Below are positions 14,131 to 28,730 of a stretch of DNA of 64,000 nucleotides, piece after piece. Under the pieces are notes generated by a model that saw nothing but the letters and a program-made list of their open reading frames with translations, made no database searches and was not told the DNA's origin. Made by a program: the position numbers and the translations under genes. Every line of letters starts with the position of its first letter. Position 1 is the stretch's first letter. Origin of the DNA: Eledone cirrhosa (lineage: Eukaryota); assembly GCA_964016885.1 (NCBI GenBank), contig OZ024761.1, positions 14,012,001 through 14,076,000 of the forward strand. The letters run 5' to 3'.

Positions 14131-14190
14131 ATTTTATCTGATGATAACGTACCAAAGTTTTGGTACCCTTGAAATATATATAATAGAATA
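14130..14190 (+). ncRNA. Type I hammerhead ribozyme motif, same family as 1992-2057
   Basis: tattttat-CTGATGA-taac-gtacca(aagttt)tggtac-cctt-GAAA-tatata-TA-atagaata. The downstream ~140 nt are also similar to 2058-2190. Confidence 0.55.
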
Positions 14191-14465
14191 AATATGGTTT
14201 TATAAATATAGTTTCCATTTATTTAATATCATTGAATATTATACTCCAGAAAACTTGTTGAGTGCTCTGAATCAGTTATAAAGATTTATGTTTGTTGAAT
14301 TACCAACAAATTGAATACTCCTTCTGCTTATATACATACATGTATATATATATATTATACACATACACACAAACACACACATATATATATATATATATAT
14401 ATGCGTGTGTGTGTGAGAGGAGGAGAGATGTAAGAAACAGGGTGTTGTGTGTTTGTATATATAAA

Positions 14466-14648
14466 TAATTGTTTCTACTTTTGGCACAAGGCCAGCAATT
14501 ACCCCAGTGCATTACTGGTACTTTATTTTATTGACCCCGTAAGAATGAAAAGTTAACCTCGGCGGGATTTCAACTCAGTTCGTAAAGGGACGTAACTCTG
14601 TGCTGCAAAGCATAGCGTCCGACCCTCTACCGATACTGCCAATCCACC
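14466..14648 (-). mobile_element. tRNA-derived SINE
   Basis: Reverse complement of the dominant SINE. Confidence 0.85.
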
Positions 14649-14853
14649 TATTTGTATATATAAATAATATATGCATGTGTGTATATGTGTACATATAGGT
14701 ATATATGTGTGTGTGTGTCTGTGATGTAGTGGAAGCTGAGAATGGGTTGAAGTGTGGTACAGGATGTCTGTCATGTGACTGTGATGATGTTCGATCAATA
14801 TTGATCTCTTATGATCAACAGTCATCTCTGTATTGGGTAGTATAGGTTTTCAA

Positions 14854-14917
<64 letters not shown>

Positions 14918-16009
14918 TGTATCATGTGTGTATATATATAGTTTGTATCATGTGTGTATATATATAGTTTGTGTCGTGTGTGTATATATATAGTTTGTGC
15001 CATGTGTGTATATATATAGTTTGTGTCGTGTGTGTATATATATAGTTTGTATCGTGTGTATATATATAGTTTGTATCATGTGTGTATATATATAGTTTGT
15101 GTCGTGTGTGTATATATATAGTTTGTATCATGTGTGTATATATATAGTTTGTATCGTGTGTATATATATAGTTTGTGCCATGTGTGTATATATATAGTTT
15201 GTATCATGTGTGTATATATATAGTTTGTGTCATGTGTATATATATATAGTTTGTGTCGTGTGTGTATATATATAGTTTGTGTCGTGTGTGTATATATAGT
15301 TTGTGTGTGGCGGTATGTATGTGTGTGTGTGTACAAAAGGTGTAATTATGTATATGTGTGTGTGTGATGTGTGTGATGGTGTGTGATGTGTGTGTGTGAT
15401 GTGTGTGGGATTGTGTGTGTGATGTGTGTGTGATGCTATGTGTGATAGTGTGTGATGTGTGTGTGGTGTGTGGTATGTGCGTGTGATGTGTGTGTGGTGT
15501 GTGCGTGTGATGTGTGTATGATGTGTGTGTGTATCTGATGTTGTGTGATGTGTGCGTGTGATATGTGTGTGTGATGCTGTGTGATGTGTGTGTGATGCTG
15601 TATGTGGTGTGCTGTGTGTGTGATGTGTGTGATGTGTGTGTGATGTGTGTGATGCTGTATGTGGTGTGTGTGGTGTGATGTGTGTGTGTGATGCTGTATG
15701 TGGTGTGTGTGGTGTGCTGTGTGTGATGTGTGTTATGTGTGTGTGATGCTGTATGTGGTGTGCTGTGTGTGTGATGTGTGTGTGATGTGTGTGTGATATG
15801 TGATGTGTGTGATGTGTGTGTGATGTGTGTACAACGGGTGTAATTATATATGTGTGTGTGTGTGTGTGTGATAAACTAAATACTACACTGTAATAAGAGA
15901 GGTCAATATGACTGTCTAAACCTGGTGCTGCTCCAGCATGGCCACACTCCAATAACTGCAATAAAAGAGTAAAGGAATTGTTTGTGTGTGTATGTGTTGT
16001 GTATAATAA

Positions 16010-16199
16010 TAATTGTTTCTACTTTTGGCACAAGGCCAGCAATTACCCCAGTACATTACTGGTACTTTATTTTATCGACCCCGTAAGGATGAAAGGCAAA
16101 GTTAACCTCGGCGGGATTTGAACTCAGAATGGCAAGGGCCGTAACTCTATGCGTCAAAGCATGGCGTCCGACCCTCTACCGATACTGCCAATCTACCGC
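16010..16199 (-). mobile_element. tRNA-derived SINE
   Basis: Reverse complement of the dominant SINE, nearly identical to 16647-16837. Confidence 0.85.
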
Positions 16200-16615
16200 A
16201 ATAATAATAATAATAATAACAATAATAAGAAAAATAATAATAATAATGATTTCTTTATTAACCACAAGGGTTTACATAAAGTAGACATTAAGGACAGTAC
16301 AGGACAATACAGGACGGTACAAATGGGCATTTCTGCATGTAAAAAAAAAACAGAGGATGTAATAAAAAAATAACAATGAAAAATTCCCCAATAGGGGGGA
16401 GACTTCGGAGGGACATTTGTGGAGAAAGCCCATTAAAAGGCCACAGTTACCCTGACCACCAGGGCAAGTGCCCTCTCCCAGTTTTCCACCTTTAATTTAC
16501 AGACACATACTCAGAGTAGGCCCATTCACTCGGGCCATACTTGCTTCTTTCACCCATCTTTCAACAAAATGCTGGGAAGAGAGCACTTCCCTCTCTACCC
16601 TGATTTTCCTTTTCA

Positions 16616-16646
<31 letters not shown>

Positions 16647-16837
16647 TAATTGTTTCTACGTTTGGCACAAGGCCAGCAATTACCCCAGTACATTACTGGT
16701 ACTTTATTTTATCGACCCCGTAAGGATGAAAGGCAAAGTTAACCTCGGCGGGATTTGAACTCAGAATGGCAAGGGCCGTAACTCTATACGTCAAAGCATG
16801 GTGTCCGACCCTCTACCGATACTGCCAATCCACCGCC
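16647..16837 (-). mobile_element. tRNA-derived SINE (part of a local SINE+LINE-tail duplication)
   Basis: Followed by the same tttctttattaaccacaagggtttacataaag LINE tail as the 16010 copy. Confidence 0.85.
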
Positions 16838-17804
16838 TATAATAATAATAAAATAATGATAATGATACTGTCTTTCTTTATTAACCACAAGGGTTTACAT
16901 AAAGTAGACATTAAGGACAGTACAGGACAATACAGAACAATACAGGACGGTACAAATGGGCATTTCTGCGTGTAAAAACAAAAACAGAGGATGTCAAAAA
17001 AAAAAAATAATAATGAAATTATTGTGTACAGTGCTCAGGTGCACTACAACTCATCAAAGGTGTGTGTATGTGTGCGTGTATTCGTGTTTATGTATGTGTC
17101 TGCTACCTATCCTTTGTGTGTATATGTATATGTGTGTGTACGTTTATGAATGTTAGCCAGTCATATTGTGTGTGTGTGTGTGTGTTTTTATGTATGTAAC
17201 TGCTAGTCATCCTTGTATGTGTATATGTATATATGTGTGTGTGTATGTGTGTTTATGAATGTGTCTGCTAGCCATCCTTGTATGTGTATATGTGTGTGTG
17301 TTTATGAAAGTGCCAGGCAGTCATCCTGTGTGTGTGTTTGTGTTTAATACATATATATGTGTGTGTGTGTATATATATATACATGTGTGTGTGTGTGTGT
17401 GTTTATATATATGTGTGTGTTTATGAATGTGTCTGCCAGTCATATTGTATGAGTGTGCCTGTGTGAGTGTGTGTGTGTGTGTGTGCCTGTGTGTGTGTGC
17501 CTGTGTGTGTGTGTGTGTGTGCCTGTGTGAGTGTGCCTGTGTGTGTGTGAGTGTGCCTGTGTGAGTGTGCCTGTGTGTGTGTGTGTGTGTGTGAGTGTGT
17601 CTGTGTGTGTTTGGAGATGCAGTGTGACCCAAGGGTTAAAGCATTTGCTTTGTAATCATTAGTTTCTGGGTTGAATTCCACAGCTTGACAACTTTGGTGA
17701 ACCCATGGCTTGTGAATGAAATTTGGGAGATAGAGACCTTTTGGAAGCCTGTCAGAAGGACTGTGCCTGTAACACTGTCACACTGAATCTCCCTGAGAAC
17801 TCCA

Positions 17805-18473
17805 TTAACCCTTTAACATTTACATTACTCTATATATGCTATTGTATTTTTGTGGTAAAGTCTTTCATCATCACCATCATCATTTTATGTCCTCTTTTCC
17901 CTGCTTGCAAGGGTGGGACGAGTCCTATTCAGCACAGCATCTCTCCATTCGTCACGGTCCTTCGTCATCTCCACTGTGAGCTTCAGCGATCTGAGGTCTG
18001 CTCTCACCACCTCTTCCCATGATTTTCGTGGTCTTCCTCTACTACGTCTTTCTTCTACTGGGATTTCTTGACACTTCTTTATCCAGCGGTCATCCTCCAT
18101 GCGCATCACATGTCCATAACAACGCAGTCTTCTCTCCCGCACACTACAACTTATCCCTCTTATACACAGTTTATCTCGCATAATATCGAGTCTTTGAGAT
18201 TTTGATGTTATTTATTTTGAGAAGGGCCCTGCTGCAAGAATATCTCTCTCAGCATCTGTGCAATTTCCTCTGCAACCCTTGTTTTCATCTCCCCTCTATA
18301 TTGCCATCTGTCCTGACCCTCAAGAGATACGTCCCCTGTTGCTAGTATAGGTCGAGGTCGATAGATTGGCATCTGTCACAACTCCTGGACCTTAACATCA
18401 GTGTAAGTAAACAGTTACAGCTGGTTTGAACAGAAATAAGTGAGAGAATTCTGGCCAGCTATAGCTGGGTTAA
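17805..18473. mobile_element. piggyBac-like MITE interrupted by an RTE fragment and other sequence
   Basis: TTAAcccttta start, family-internal segments at 18180-18222 and 18390-18465, gggTTAA end. Confidence 0.6.
17866..18185 (-). mobile_element. RTE-clade LINE 3' end (related fragments 31960-32270 + and 46700-46915 +)
   Basis: RERRLRCYGHVMRM...RSRGRPRKSWEEVV...DRDEWR motif and (GAT)n tail. Confidence 0.8.
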
Positions 18474-18840
18474 GGGTGCACAAATCTGTGGCATGCTGAG
18501 CCACATTAGAGGTTAATTTAGGTTCACGGGCAGGATTGAATCAACTGGAGTGCTTGTCATGTCATTGTTGGAAATGACAAAGATCCTAAGAAGCCCCAAC
18601 TTGGTCAGTCATCCTACTAGGAACAACAGCTAAATCCCCCTCAAATCACATCCTGCCGTCTAAAAAACAAACAAAAACAGCAAGGGCACATTGGATTCTT
18701 TTAAACATAGATATGACTGTTTTACAAACAAAATAAAACTGGATGGGATGGTCATGGTTGGTTTGGAACTAATGTATAACTAGTTTAGCTGTTATGGTTC
18801 AGTTTACTGAAGCCATATGCATGTATGCATACACACAAAT

Positions 18841-18873
<33 letters not shown>

Positions 18874-18944
18874 CATATATGTAGACATATATATATGTGT
18901 GTGTGTGTGAGAATATTTATATATACATATAAATAAATATATAT

Positions 18945-18989
<45 letters not shown>

Positions 18990-19075
18990 CTACCACCACC
19001 ACCACTGTAACCACCACCGCCACCTTCACTACTTAGCTAGTCAAGTGATTATAGCAGCTGTTATTATTTATGAAT

Positions 19076-19262
19076 GCGGTGGATTGGCAGTATCGGTAGA
19101 GGGTCTGACACCATGCTTTCCAGCATAGTTACGTCCCTTTACGATCTGAGTTCAAATCCCGCCGAGGTTGACTTTGCCTTTCATCCTTACGGGATCGATA
19201 AAATAAAGTACCAGTAATGCACTGGGTAATTGCTGGCCTTGTGCCTAAAGTAGAAACAATTA
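19076..19262 (+). mobile_element. tRNA-derived SINE
   Basis: Full-length copy of the dominant SINE. Confidence 0.85.
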
Positions 19263-19300
19263 TTTATGAATGCATGCATTTCACACTGTGTAAGACACAT

Positions 19301-19331
<31 letters not shown>

Positions 19332-19462
19332 CATATGTATATATATTTATACATACAGGCATATATACAATGTCATTATTTAATGTTTGTTTTCTATGTT
19401 AGCAAGGGTTGGGCAGGGTAAACCTAGATAGATGCATTTTTTCCCTCCCTCTCTCTCTCTCT

Positions 19463-19506
<44 letters not shown>

Positions 19507-19539
19507 CTTGCTCTCTGTATCTATCTATCTATCTATCTA

Positions 19540-20250
19540 TCCGGGCACCACCGACCTGTGGGGCTATGTAGAACGACTATTGTCGCGGGTGGGACCAATC
19601 CGGTTGACCACCGAGTCCATTGTCATGATCAAACCGCCACCCTCCTTCAAAAACGAAGGAGAGGCGGTTTTCCTTTGTGTGATAGCTATGGCGAAAGAGG
19701 TTGTATGGTGGACGAGGTTAAAAGGGCTGAGGTCAGACACCTTTCTCTCCGGCCAACAACTGATTCTTTTTTTTAAATACCACTTTGGAAGAAGAATCAG
19801 GATGGAGAGAGGGGTGCTGTACCCCAGCAAGTTTTATGAAAGGTGGGTGAAGGTGGCGAGAATGGCCCGAGTGAATGGGCCTTCTCTCTATATCAGCCTG
19901 TAGGTTGAGGAAAAGGAGGAGGAGAGGAAAGGAGTACAAACTCTTCGGACTCCTGGAGATGAGGGTTGCACATTTTTTCGGGGGTATGTGTTACCCATAT
20001 AAACTGTCTCCCCCTATTGGGGAAAATCGACTAATTTTAAAATTGCATTTGTGATAATATTTTACACATTTTTATTGTATGTAAACTTCCCCCTTTGTAT
20101 TTGTCCCCTTCTTTTGTGCCCCTGTGGCTAATAAAGAAACATATCTATCTACCTATCTATGTTATACATTTTTACACGCCTTGTATGTAAACTCCCCAAT
20201 TGTATTTGTCCCCATCTTTTGCGCCCTTGTGGCAAATAAAGAAATATATC
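19540..20250 (+). mobile_element. L1/Tx1-like LINE 3' end (related minus-strand copy ~16250-16615)
   Basis: ORF 19409..19903 ends with AKEVVWWTR...KFYERW, resembling Tx1 ORF2 C-termini. 3' UTR with duplicated AATAAA and an (ATCT)n tail. Confidence 0.55.
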
Positions 20251-20528
20251 TATCTATCTATCTGCATGTATATAATATATATACATGATTATGACCCTCG
20301 TTGAATTGAGCTAAAAAACACCCAGTGCTTACTCTCATTAATATTATAATTATATTATAATATTAGTATTAATATATATTTATATATTTATATATATATA
20401 TATTTATATATATATATAAAAGCATATATAAACACATATATATATATATATATGTGTGTGTGTATGTATAATTATGTATGTATAAATACTCACACACACA
20501 CATATATATGTGTGTGTGCATGTATAAT

Positions 20529-20561
<33 letters not shown>

Positions 20562-20605
20562 GATATAAGCATATCTGTATATGTGTGTGTGTGTATAATT
20601 ATATG

Positions 20606-20709
<104 letters not shown>

Positions 20710-20768
20710 TAGATAGATAATATAAGTATATCTATATATGTGTATATGTGTGATAATTGTATGTATGT

Positions 20769-20815
<47 letters not shown>

Positions 20816-21626
20816 TATATATATATAAATATATATAATAAATAATATAAGCATATATGTATGTGTGTGTGTGTGTGTATAATTATATGTATGTGTATGA
20901 ATAAATATAAATAATATTAGGATATATGTATGTGTGTGTGTGTATAATTATATGTATGTGTATGAATATATATAAATAATATAAGCATATATGTATGTGT
21001 GTGTGTGTGTATAATTATATGTATGTGTGTGTATAATTATGTGTGTGTGTGTATATAATTATATGTATGTGTATGAATATATATAAATAATATAAGAATA
21101 TATGTATGTGTGTGTGTGTGTATAATTATATGTATGTGTGTGTGTGTGTGTGTGTGTATATAATTATATGTATGTGTATGAATATATATAAATAATATAA
21201 GCATATATGTATGTGTGTGTGTATAATTATATGTGTGTGTGTATAATTATATGTATGTGTATGAATATATATAAATAATATAAGCATATATGTATGTGTG
21301 TGTGTGTATATCATTATATGTATGTGTGTGTGTGTGTATAATTATATGTATGTGTATGAATATATATAAATAATATAACCATATATGTATGTGTGTGTGT
21401 GTGTATAATTATATGTATGTGTGTGTGTATATGTGTGTGTATATAATTATATGTATGTGTTATGAATATATATAAATAATATAACCATATATGTATGTGT
21501 GTGTGTGTATGTGTATAATTATATGTATGTGTGTGTGTGTATTATTATATGTATGTGTGTGTGTATATAATTATATGAATGTGTATGAATATATATAAAT
21601 AATATAAGCATATATGTATGTGTATG

Positions 21627-21675
<49 letters not shown>

Positions 21676-21819
21676 ATGCATAAATACCCTGACACAGAAT
21701 CATAGAAAAATGACAAGAAGCCACTTCATGAATGAATGGTGAAAAGTGAAATGGGTGTGGTATGTAACTGCACTGTTGTTGCACAGTATGACATGACATG
21801 GTGCACTACAACAGTAGCA

Positions 21820-22994
21820 GCAGTGGTGATAGTGGTGTAGTAGTGGTGGTAGTAGCGGTTGTAGTAGGAGGTGCAGTGGTGGTGGTGGTGGTGGTAGTAG
21901 TTGTAGTAGGAGCAGTGGTGGTGTGGTGGTAGTGGTGGTGGTAGGAGCAGTGGTGGTGTGGTAGTAGTTGTAGTAGGAGCGGTGGTGGTGTGATAGTAAT
22001 GGAGGTGTTGGTAGTAGTGGTGGTTGTAGTGGTGGTGGTGGTAGTAGTTGTAGTAGGAGCAGTGGTGGTGTGGTGGTAGTGGTGGTGGTAGGAGCAGTGG
22101 TGGTGTGATAGTAGTTGTAGTAGGAGCGGTGGTGGTGTGATAGTAATGGAGGTGTTGGTAGTAGTGGTGGTTGTAGTGGTGGTGGTGGTAGTAGTTGTAG
22201 TAGGAGCAGTGGTGGTGTGGTGGTAGTGGTGGTGGTAGGAGCAGTGGTGGTGTGGTAGTAGTTGTAGTAGGAGCGGTGGTGGTGTGATAGTAATGGAGGT
22301 GTTGGTAGTAGTGGTGGTTGTAGTGGTGGTGGTGGTAGTAGTTGTAGTAGGAGCAGTGGTGGTGTGGTGGTAGTGGTGGTGGTAGGAGCAGTGGTGGTGT
22401 GATAGTAGTTGTAGTAGGAGCGGTGGTGGTGTGATAGTAATGGAGGTGTTGGTAGTAGTGGTGGTTGTAGTGGTGGTGGTAGTAGTTGTAGTAGGAGCAG
22501 TGGTGGTGTGGTAGTAGTTGTAGTAGGAGCAGTGGTGGTGTGGTAGTAGTTGTAGTAGGAGCAGTGGTGGTGTGGTAGTAGTTGTAGTAGGAGCGGTGGT
22601 GGTGTGGTAGTAATGGAGGTGTTGGTAGTAGTGGTGGTTGTAGTGGTGGTGGTAGTAGTTGTAGTAGGAGCAGTGGTGGTGTGGTGGTAGTGGTGGTGGT
22701 AGTGGTGGTGGTAGTAGTGGTAGTAGGAGCAGTGGTTAGTGGTGGTGTTGGTGTTGGTAGTAGTGGTGGTGGTGGTGGTAGTAGTGGTAGTAGGAGCAGT
22801 GGTTAGTGGTGGTGTTGGTAGTAGTGGTGGAGTGATGGTGGTGGTAGTAGTGTTGCTGGTAGTAGTTGTGGTGTAGTGGTGGTGGTAGTGGTAGTGGTGA
22901 TGTTGGAGGTGGTGGTGGTGGTGGTAGTTGTAGTTGTAGAAGCAACAGCAGTAGTAGCAGTAGTAGTAGTAGTAGCCGCAGCAGCAGTAGTTGT

Positions 22995-23025
<31 letters not shown>
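21820..23025. repeat. GGT/AGT-rich array with a 147-bp higher-order period
   Basis: Marker tgatagtaatggagg at 21991, 22138, 22285 and 22432. Confidence 0.85.
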
Positions 23026-23026
<1 letters not shown>

Positions 23027-23800
23027 CACAGAGGTAGCTACCTGTAGCAGTGGAGACTTCTGGTGTCCTTGGCCCTAGGGCTACCTCCCTACCCACTACC
23101 ATCGGCACAGAGGTAGCTACCTGTAGCAGTGGAGACTTCTGGTGTCCTTGGCCCTAGGGCTACCTCCCTACCCACTACCATCGGCACAGAGTTAGCTACC
23201 TGTAGCAGTGGAGACTTCTGGTGTCCTTGGCCCTAGGGCTACCTCCCTACTCACTACCATTGGCACAGAGTTAGCTACCTGTAGCAGTGGAGACTTCTGG
23301 TGTCCTTGGCCCTAGGGCTACCTCCCTACTCACTACCATTGGCACAGAGTTAGCTACCTGTAGCAGTGGAGACTTCTGGTGTCCTTGGCCCTAGGGCTAC
23401 CTCCCTACCCACTACCATCGGCACAGAGGTAGCTACCTGTAGCAGTGGAGACTTCTGGTGTCCTTGGCCCTAGGGCTACCTCCCTACTCACTACCATTGG
23501 CACAGAGTTAGCTACCTGTAGCAGTGGAGACTTCTGGTGTCCTTGGCCTTAGGGCTACCTCCCTACTCACTACCATCGGCACAGAGCTGGCTACCCACAG
23601 GTGTGAGCCTCGCAAACTGGAATGGGTCTTCCAGCGCATCTTACTCTCCATCTTCCAGCAAAATGCCTTCTCTATTTTGTCCACTGGGGCCGCGAAGTAG
23701 CCAGTCTACCAGGGCCGTGGGGCAGCCAGCCTCCCGGACAGTCTGCTGGCCAGTGTGCGAGGGCCGTGGGGCAACTAGCACTTGGGCCACCATTTGCTCA
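23026..23800 (+). mobile_element. CRE-like (RLE-type) non-LTR retrotransposon 3' fragment with a 79-nt x7 tandem expansion
   Basis: The unit encodes LPVAVETSGVLGPRATSL..TIG and continues to WVFQRILLSIFQQNAFSILSTG, resembling the P.A.ET.G..G and FQR.S...Q..NA motifs of CRE-clade elements. Confidence 0.6.
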
Positions 23801-24291
23801 TAATAGTGAGAGAATAAATGTAGAGATCAGGAGAGACGGAGGCCGTGACAGTGGGAGTTTGGTTCCTTTGTGCGCAGACCTGGTGTATATGTATGTGTTT
23901 CATCGGCGCGCGCTCACACACACACACACACACACTGAGGCAATTTAATTTAATACCCTAGATAATAACCCTAAGGACCAACCTGCCCTAACTGGCTGCC
24001 TTAAATCTGGGGCCTAAAGAGAGGAAGGTAGAGGATCGAAGCTTAACCCCCCCCCACACACTACCTACCTTTCTCCACTCACCCACCTCCACCAGGGATA
24101 GCCATATATGGTAGTGTTGTCCATGTCTCTACAGCAAACTTTGCTGTGATTGGTCAGTTTTAACTTGGCTACAAATGGGACAGGCAGAATGAACAGGAAG
24201 TTGCTGCTGTCGTTGCTGCTGCTGTCGTTCTTATTGTTGTTGTTGTTGCTGATATTGTGGGCTGTTGCTGTTGTTGTTGCTGTTGGTGTTG

Positions 24292-25560
24292 TGTATATAT
24301 ATAAGATCCTGTGTGTATATGTCATGTATATATAAGATCCTGTGTGTATATGTCATGTATATATAAGGTCCTGTATGTATATGTCATGTATATATAAGGT
24401 CCTGTGTGTATATGTCATATATATATAAGGCCCTGTGTGTATATGTCATGTATATATAAGGTCCTGTGTGTATATGTCGTGTATATATAAGGTCCTGTGT
24501 GTATATGTCATGTATATATAAGGTCCTGTGTGTATATGTCATGTATATATAAGGTCCTGTGTGTATATGTCATGTATATATAAGGTCCTGTATGTATATG
24601 TCATGTATATATAAGGTCCTGTGTGTATATGTCATATATATATAAGGTCCTGTGTGTATATGTCATGTATATATAAGGTCCTGTGTGTATATGTCATGTA
24701 TATATAAGGTCCTGTGTGTATATGTGATGTATATATAAGGTCCTGTGTGTATATGTCATGTATATATAAGGTCCTGTGTGTATATGTCATGTATATTTAA
24801 GGTCCTGTGTGTATATGACATGTATATATAAGGTCCTGTGTGTATATGTGATGTATATATAAGGTCCTGTGTGTATATGTCATGTATATATAAGGTCCTG
24901 TGTGTATATGACATGTATATATAAGGTCCTGTGTGTATATGTGATGTATATATAAGGTCCTGTGTGTATATGTCATGTATATTTAAGGTCCTGTGTGTAT
25001 ATGTGATGTATATATAAGGTGCTGTGTGTATATGTCATGTATATATAAGGTCCTGTATGTATATGTGATGTATATATAAGATCCTGTGTATATGTCATGT
25101 TTATATAAGGTCCTGTGTGTATATGTGATGTATATATAAGGTCCTGTGTGTATATGTGATGTATATATAAGGTCATGTGTGTATATGTCATGTATATATA
25201 AGGTCCTGTGTGTATATGTGATGTATATATAAGGTCCTGTGTGTATATGTCATGTATATATAAGGTCCTGTGTGTATATGTCAAGTATATATAAGGTCCT
25301 GTGTGTATATGTGATGTATATATAAGATCCTGTGTATATGTCTTGTGTATATGTCATGTATATATAAGATCCTGTGTGTATATGTGATGTATATATAAGG
25401 TCCTGTGTATGTCATGTATATATAAGGTCTTGTGTGTATATGTGATGTATATATAAGGTCCTGTGTGTATATATAAGGTCCTGTATGTATATGTCATGTA
25501 TATATAAGGTCCTGTGTGTATATCTGTATATGTCATGTATATATAAGGTCCTGTGTGTAT
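24292..25560. repeat. 31-nt minisatellite, ~40 units
   Basis: Unit gtatatataaggtcctgtgtgtatatgtcat. Confidence 0.95.
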
Positions 25561-25667
25561 ATATATATATATGTGTGTATATATATGTGTGTGTGTATAT
25601 ATATGTGTGTGTATATATATGTGTGTGTGTGTGTATATATATATATATGTGTGTGTATATATATATA

Positions 25668-25698
<31 letters not shown>

Positions 25699-25711
25699 GT
25701 GTGTGTGTGTG

Positions 25712-25879
<168 letters not shown>

Positions 25880-25883
25880 CGTG

Positions 25884-26138
<255 letters not shown>

Positions 26139-26235
26139 GTGTATGTGTGTGTGTGTATATATATATATATGTGTGTGTGTATATATATATGTGTGTGTGT
26201 GTGTGTGTATATATATATGTGTATGTGTGTGTGTG

Positions 26236-26284
<49 letters not shown>

Positions 26285-26439
26285 GTGTATGTGTGTGTGT
26301 GTATATATATATATATGTGTGTGTGTGTGTCAAGAATTCCCTCAATGGCCAGTTTGACCTTCTTCCATCACCTTCACCTGTACTTCTTAGTGTGTGTGTC
26401 AATCAGCCTCTGTATGTGTGTATGTGTGTGTGTGTGTGT

Positions 26440-27650
26440 GTGTGTCAGCCAGTCACTTTGTTGTGTGTGTGTGTGTGTGTGTGTGTCAGCCAGTCACTTT
26501 GTTGTGTGTGTGTGTGTGTGTCAGCCAGTCACTTTGTGTGTGTGTGTGTGTGTCAGCCAGTCACTTTGTCTGTGTGTCAGCCAGTCACTTTGTGTGTGTG
26601 TGTCAGCCAGTCACTTTGTGTGTTTGTGTGTGTATGTATGTGTTTGTGTGTGCGTGTCAGCCAGTCACTTTGTGTGTGTGTGTGTGTGTGTGTGCGTGTG
26701 TCAGCCGGTCACTTTGTGTGTGTGTGTGTGTGTGCGTGTCAGCCGGTAACTTTGTGTGTTTGTGTGTGTGTGTTTGTGTGTGTGCGTGTGTCAGCCGGTC
26801 ACTTTGTGTGTGTGTGTCTTTGTATGTGTGTTTGTGTGTGCGTGTGTCAGCCGGTCACTTTGTGTGTTTGTGTGTGTCTGTGTGTTTGTGTGTGCGTGTG
26901 TCAGCCGGTCACTTTGTGTGTGTGTGTGTTTGTGTGTTTGTGTGTGCGTGTGTCAGCCGGTCACTTTGTGTGTGTGTGTATGTGTGTTTGTGTGTGCCTG
27001 TGTCAGCCGGTCACTTTGTGTGTGTGTGTCTGTGTGTGCGTGTGTCAGCCGGTCACTTTGTGTGTGTGTGTATGTGTGTTTGTGTGTGCGTGTGTCAGCC
27101 GGTCACTTTGTGTGTGTGTGTCTGTGTGTTTGTGTGTGCGTGTGTCAGCCGGTCACTTTGTGTGTGTGTGTCTGTGTTTGTGTGTGCGTGTGTCAGCCGG
27201 TCACTTTGTGTGTATGTGTGTTTGTGTGTGTATGTGTGTTTGTGTGTGCCTGTGTCAGCCGGTCACTTTGTGTGTGTGTGTCTGTGTGTTTGTGTGTGCG
27301 TGTGTCAGCCGGTCACTTTGTGTGTTTGTGTGTTTGTCTGTGCGTGTGTCAGCCGGTCACTTTGTGTGTGTGTGTATGTGTGTTTATGTGTGTGTATGTG
27401 TGTTTGTGTGTGCCTGTGTCAGCCGGTCACTTTGTGTGTTTGTGTGTGTGTGTGTCTGTGTGTTTGTGTGTGCGTGTGTCAGCCGGTCACTTTGTGTGTG
27501 TGTGTCTGTGTGTTTCTGTGTGCGTGTGTGTCTGTGCGTTTGTGTGTGTGTGTGTCAGCCGGTCACTTTGTGTGTGTCTGTGTGTTTGTGTGAGTGTGTG
27601 TGAGTGTGTATGTGTGTTTGTGTCTGTGTGTGTGTCAGCCTGTCACTTTG
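26440..27650. repeat. 16-nt core gtcagcc(a/g)gtcacttt interspersed with variable (TG)n
   Basis: More than 25 cores, with an a-to-g variant switch at ~26700. Confidence 0.9.
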
Positions 27651-27845
27651 TGTGTGTGTATATCTGTATATATGTGTGTGTATGTGTATCTGTATATATG
27701 TGTATGTATCTATGTGTGAGTGTGTGTGTGTGTATCTGTATATGTGTGTGAGTCTGTGTGTGTATCTGTATATATGTGTGTATGTGGATTTATGTGTGTG
27801 TGTGTGTGTGTGTATATCTATGAATGGAATATATATAGTTGTGTG

Positions 27846-27883
<38 letters not shown>

Positions 27884-28691
27884 TACATATAAAAATAAAT
27901 ATAGTGAATGAATGTATATTGTTTGTGTGTGTATATATATATATATAGATATATATATAGATATTTATACACATATGTGTGTCTCATATATATGACATAT
28001 ATGTCACATATATATATGTCATATGTGACACATACACACATATATATACACGTGTATGTGTCATATATATATATACATACACACACATATATATATATGT
28101 ATGTGTGTGTATGTACATATATATATATGTATATACACACATACACATATATACACACATATATATATATACACAGTGTCTCATATATATGTCATATGTG
28201 ACACATATATATATATACATACACACACATATATATATGTATGTATGTGTGTGTGTACATATATATATATGTATATACACACATACACATACACACATAC
28301 ATATATACACACACACACATATATATACACACACATACACACACACACATACACACACACACATATATATATATGTGTGTATATAAACCATATTTTTGTC
28401 TTTCATCACATGATTTCTGCAGCTGCTGCTACTACTACAATCCATTGCGTCCATCACTATCATACCCCCCCCCCCTCTATTTTTATCTCCTCCTCCTATT
28501 GTGCTTTCTTCTCATGTTCTTTTTCCTACTCCTTCTCCATTCTAATGATTTTTCTCACCAGACCGCCCATATATGGTAAAAGAGATGTGGGTGGTTATAT
28601 ATATATATATATACACATATATATACATATATATATATAGATATATATATATATATATATATATGTATATGTCTATATATATATATATGTA

Positions 28692-28728
<37 letters not shown>

Positions 28729-28730
<2 letters not shown>

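Noticed and set aside
26440-27650. CRISPR-like pattern of a constant 16-nt core with variable spacers
   Set aside because: Spacers are (TG)n variants rather than unique sequences, the context is a eukaryotic intron, and there are no cas genes.
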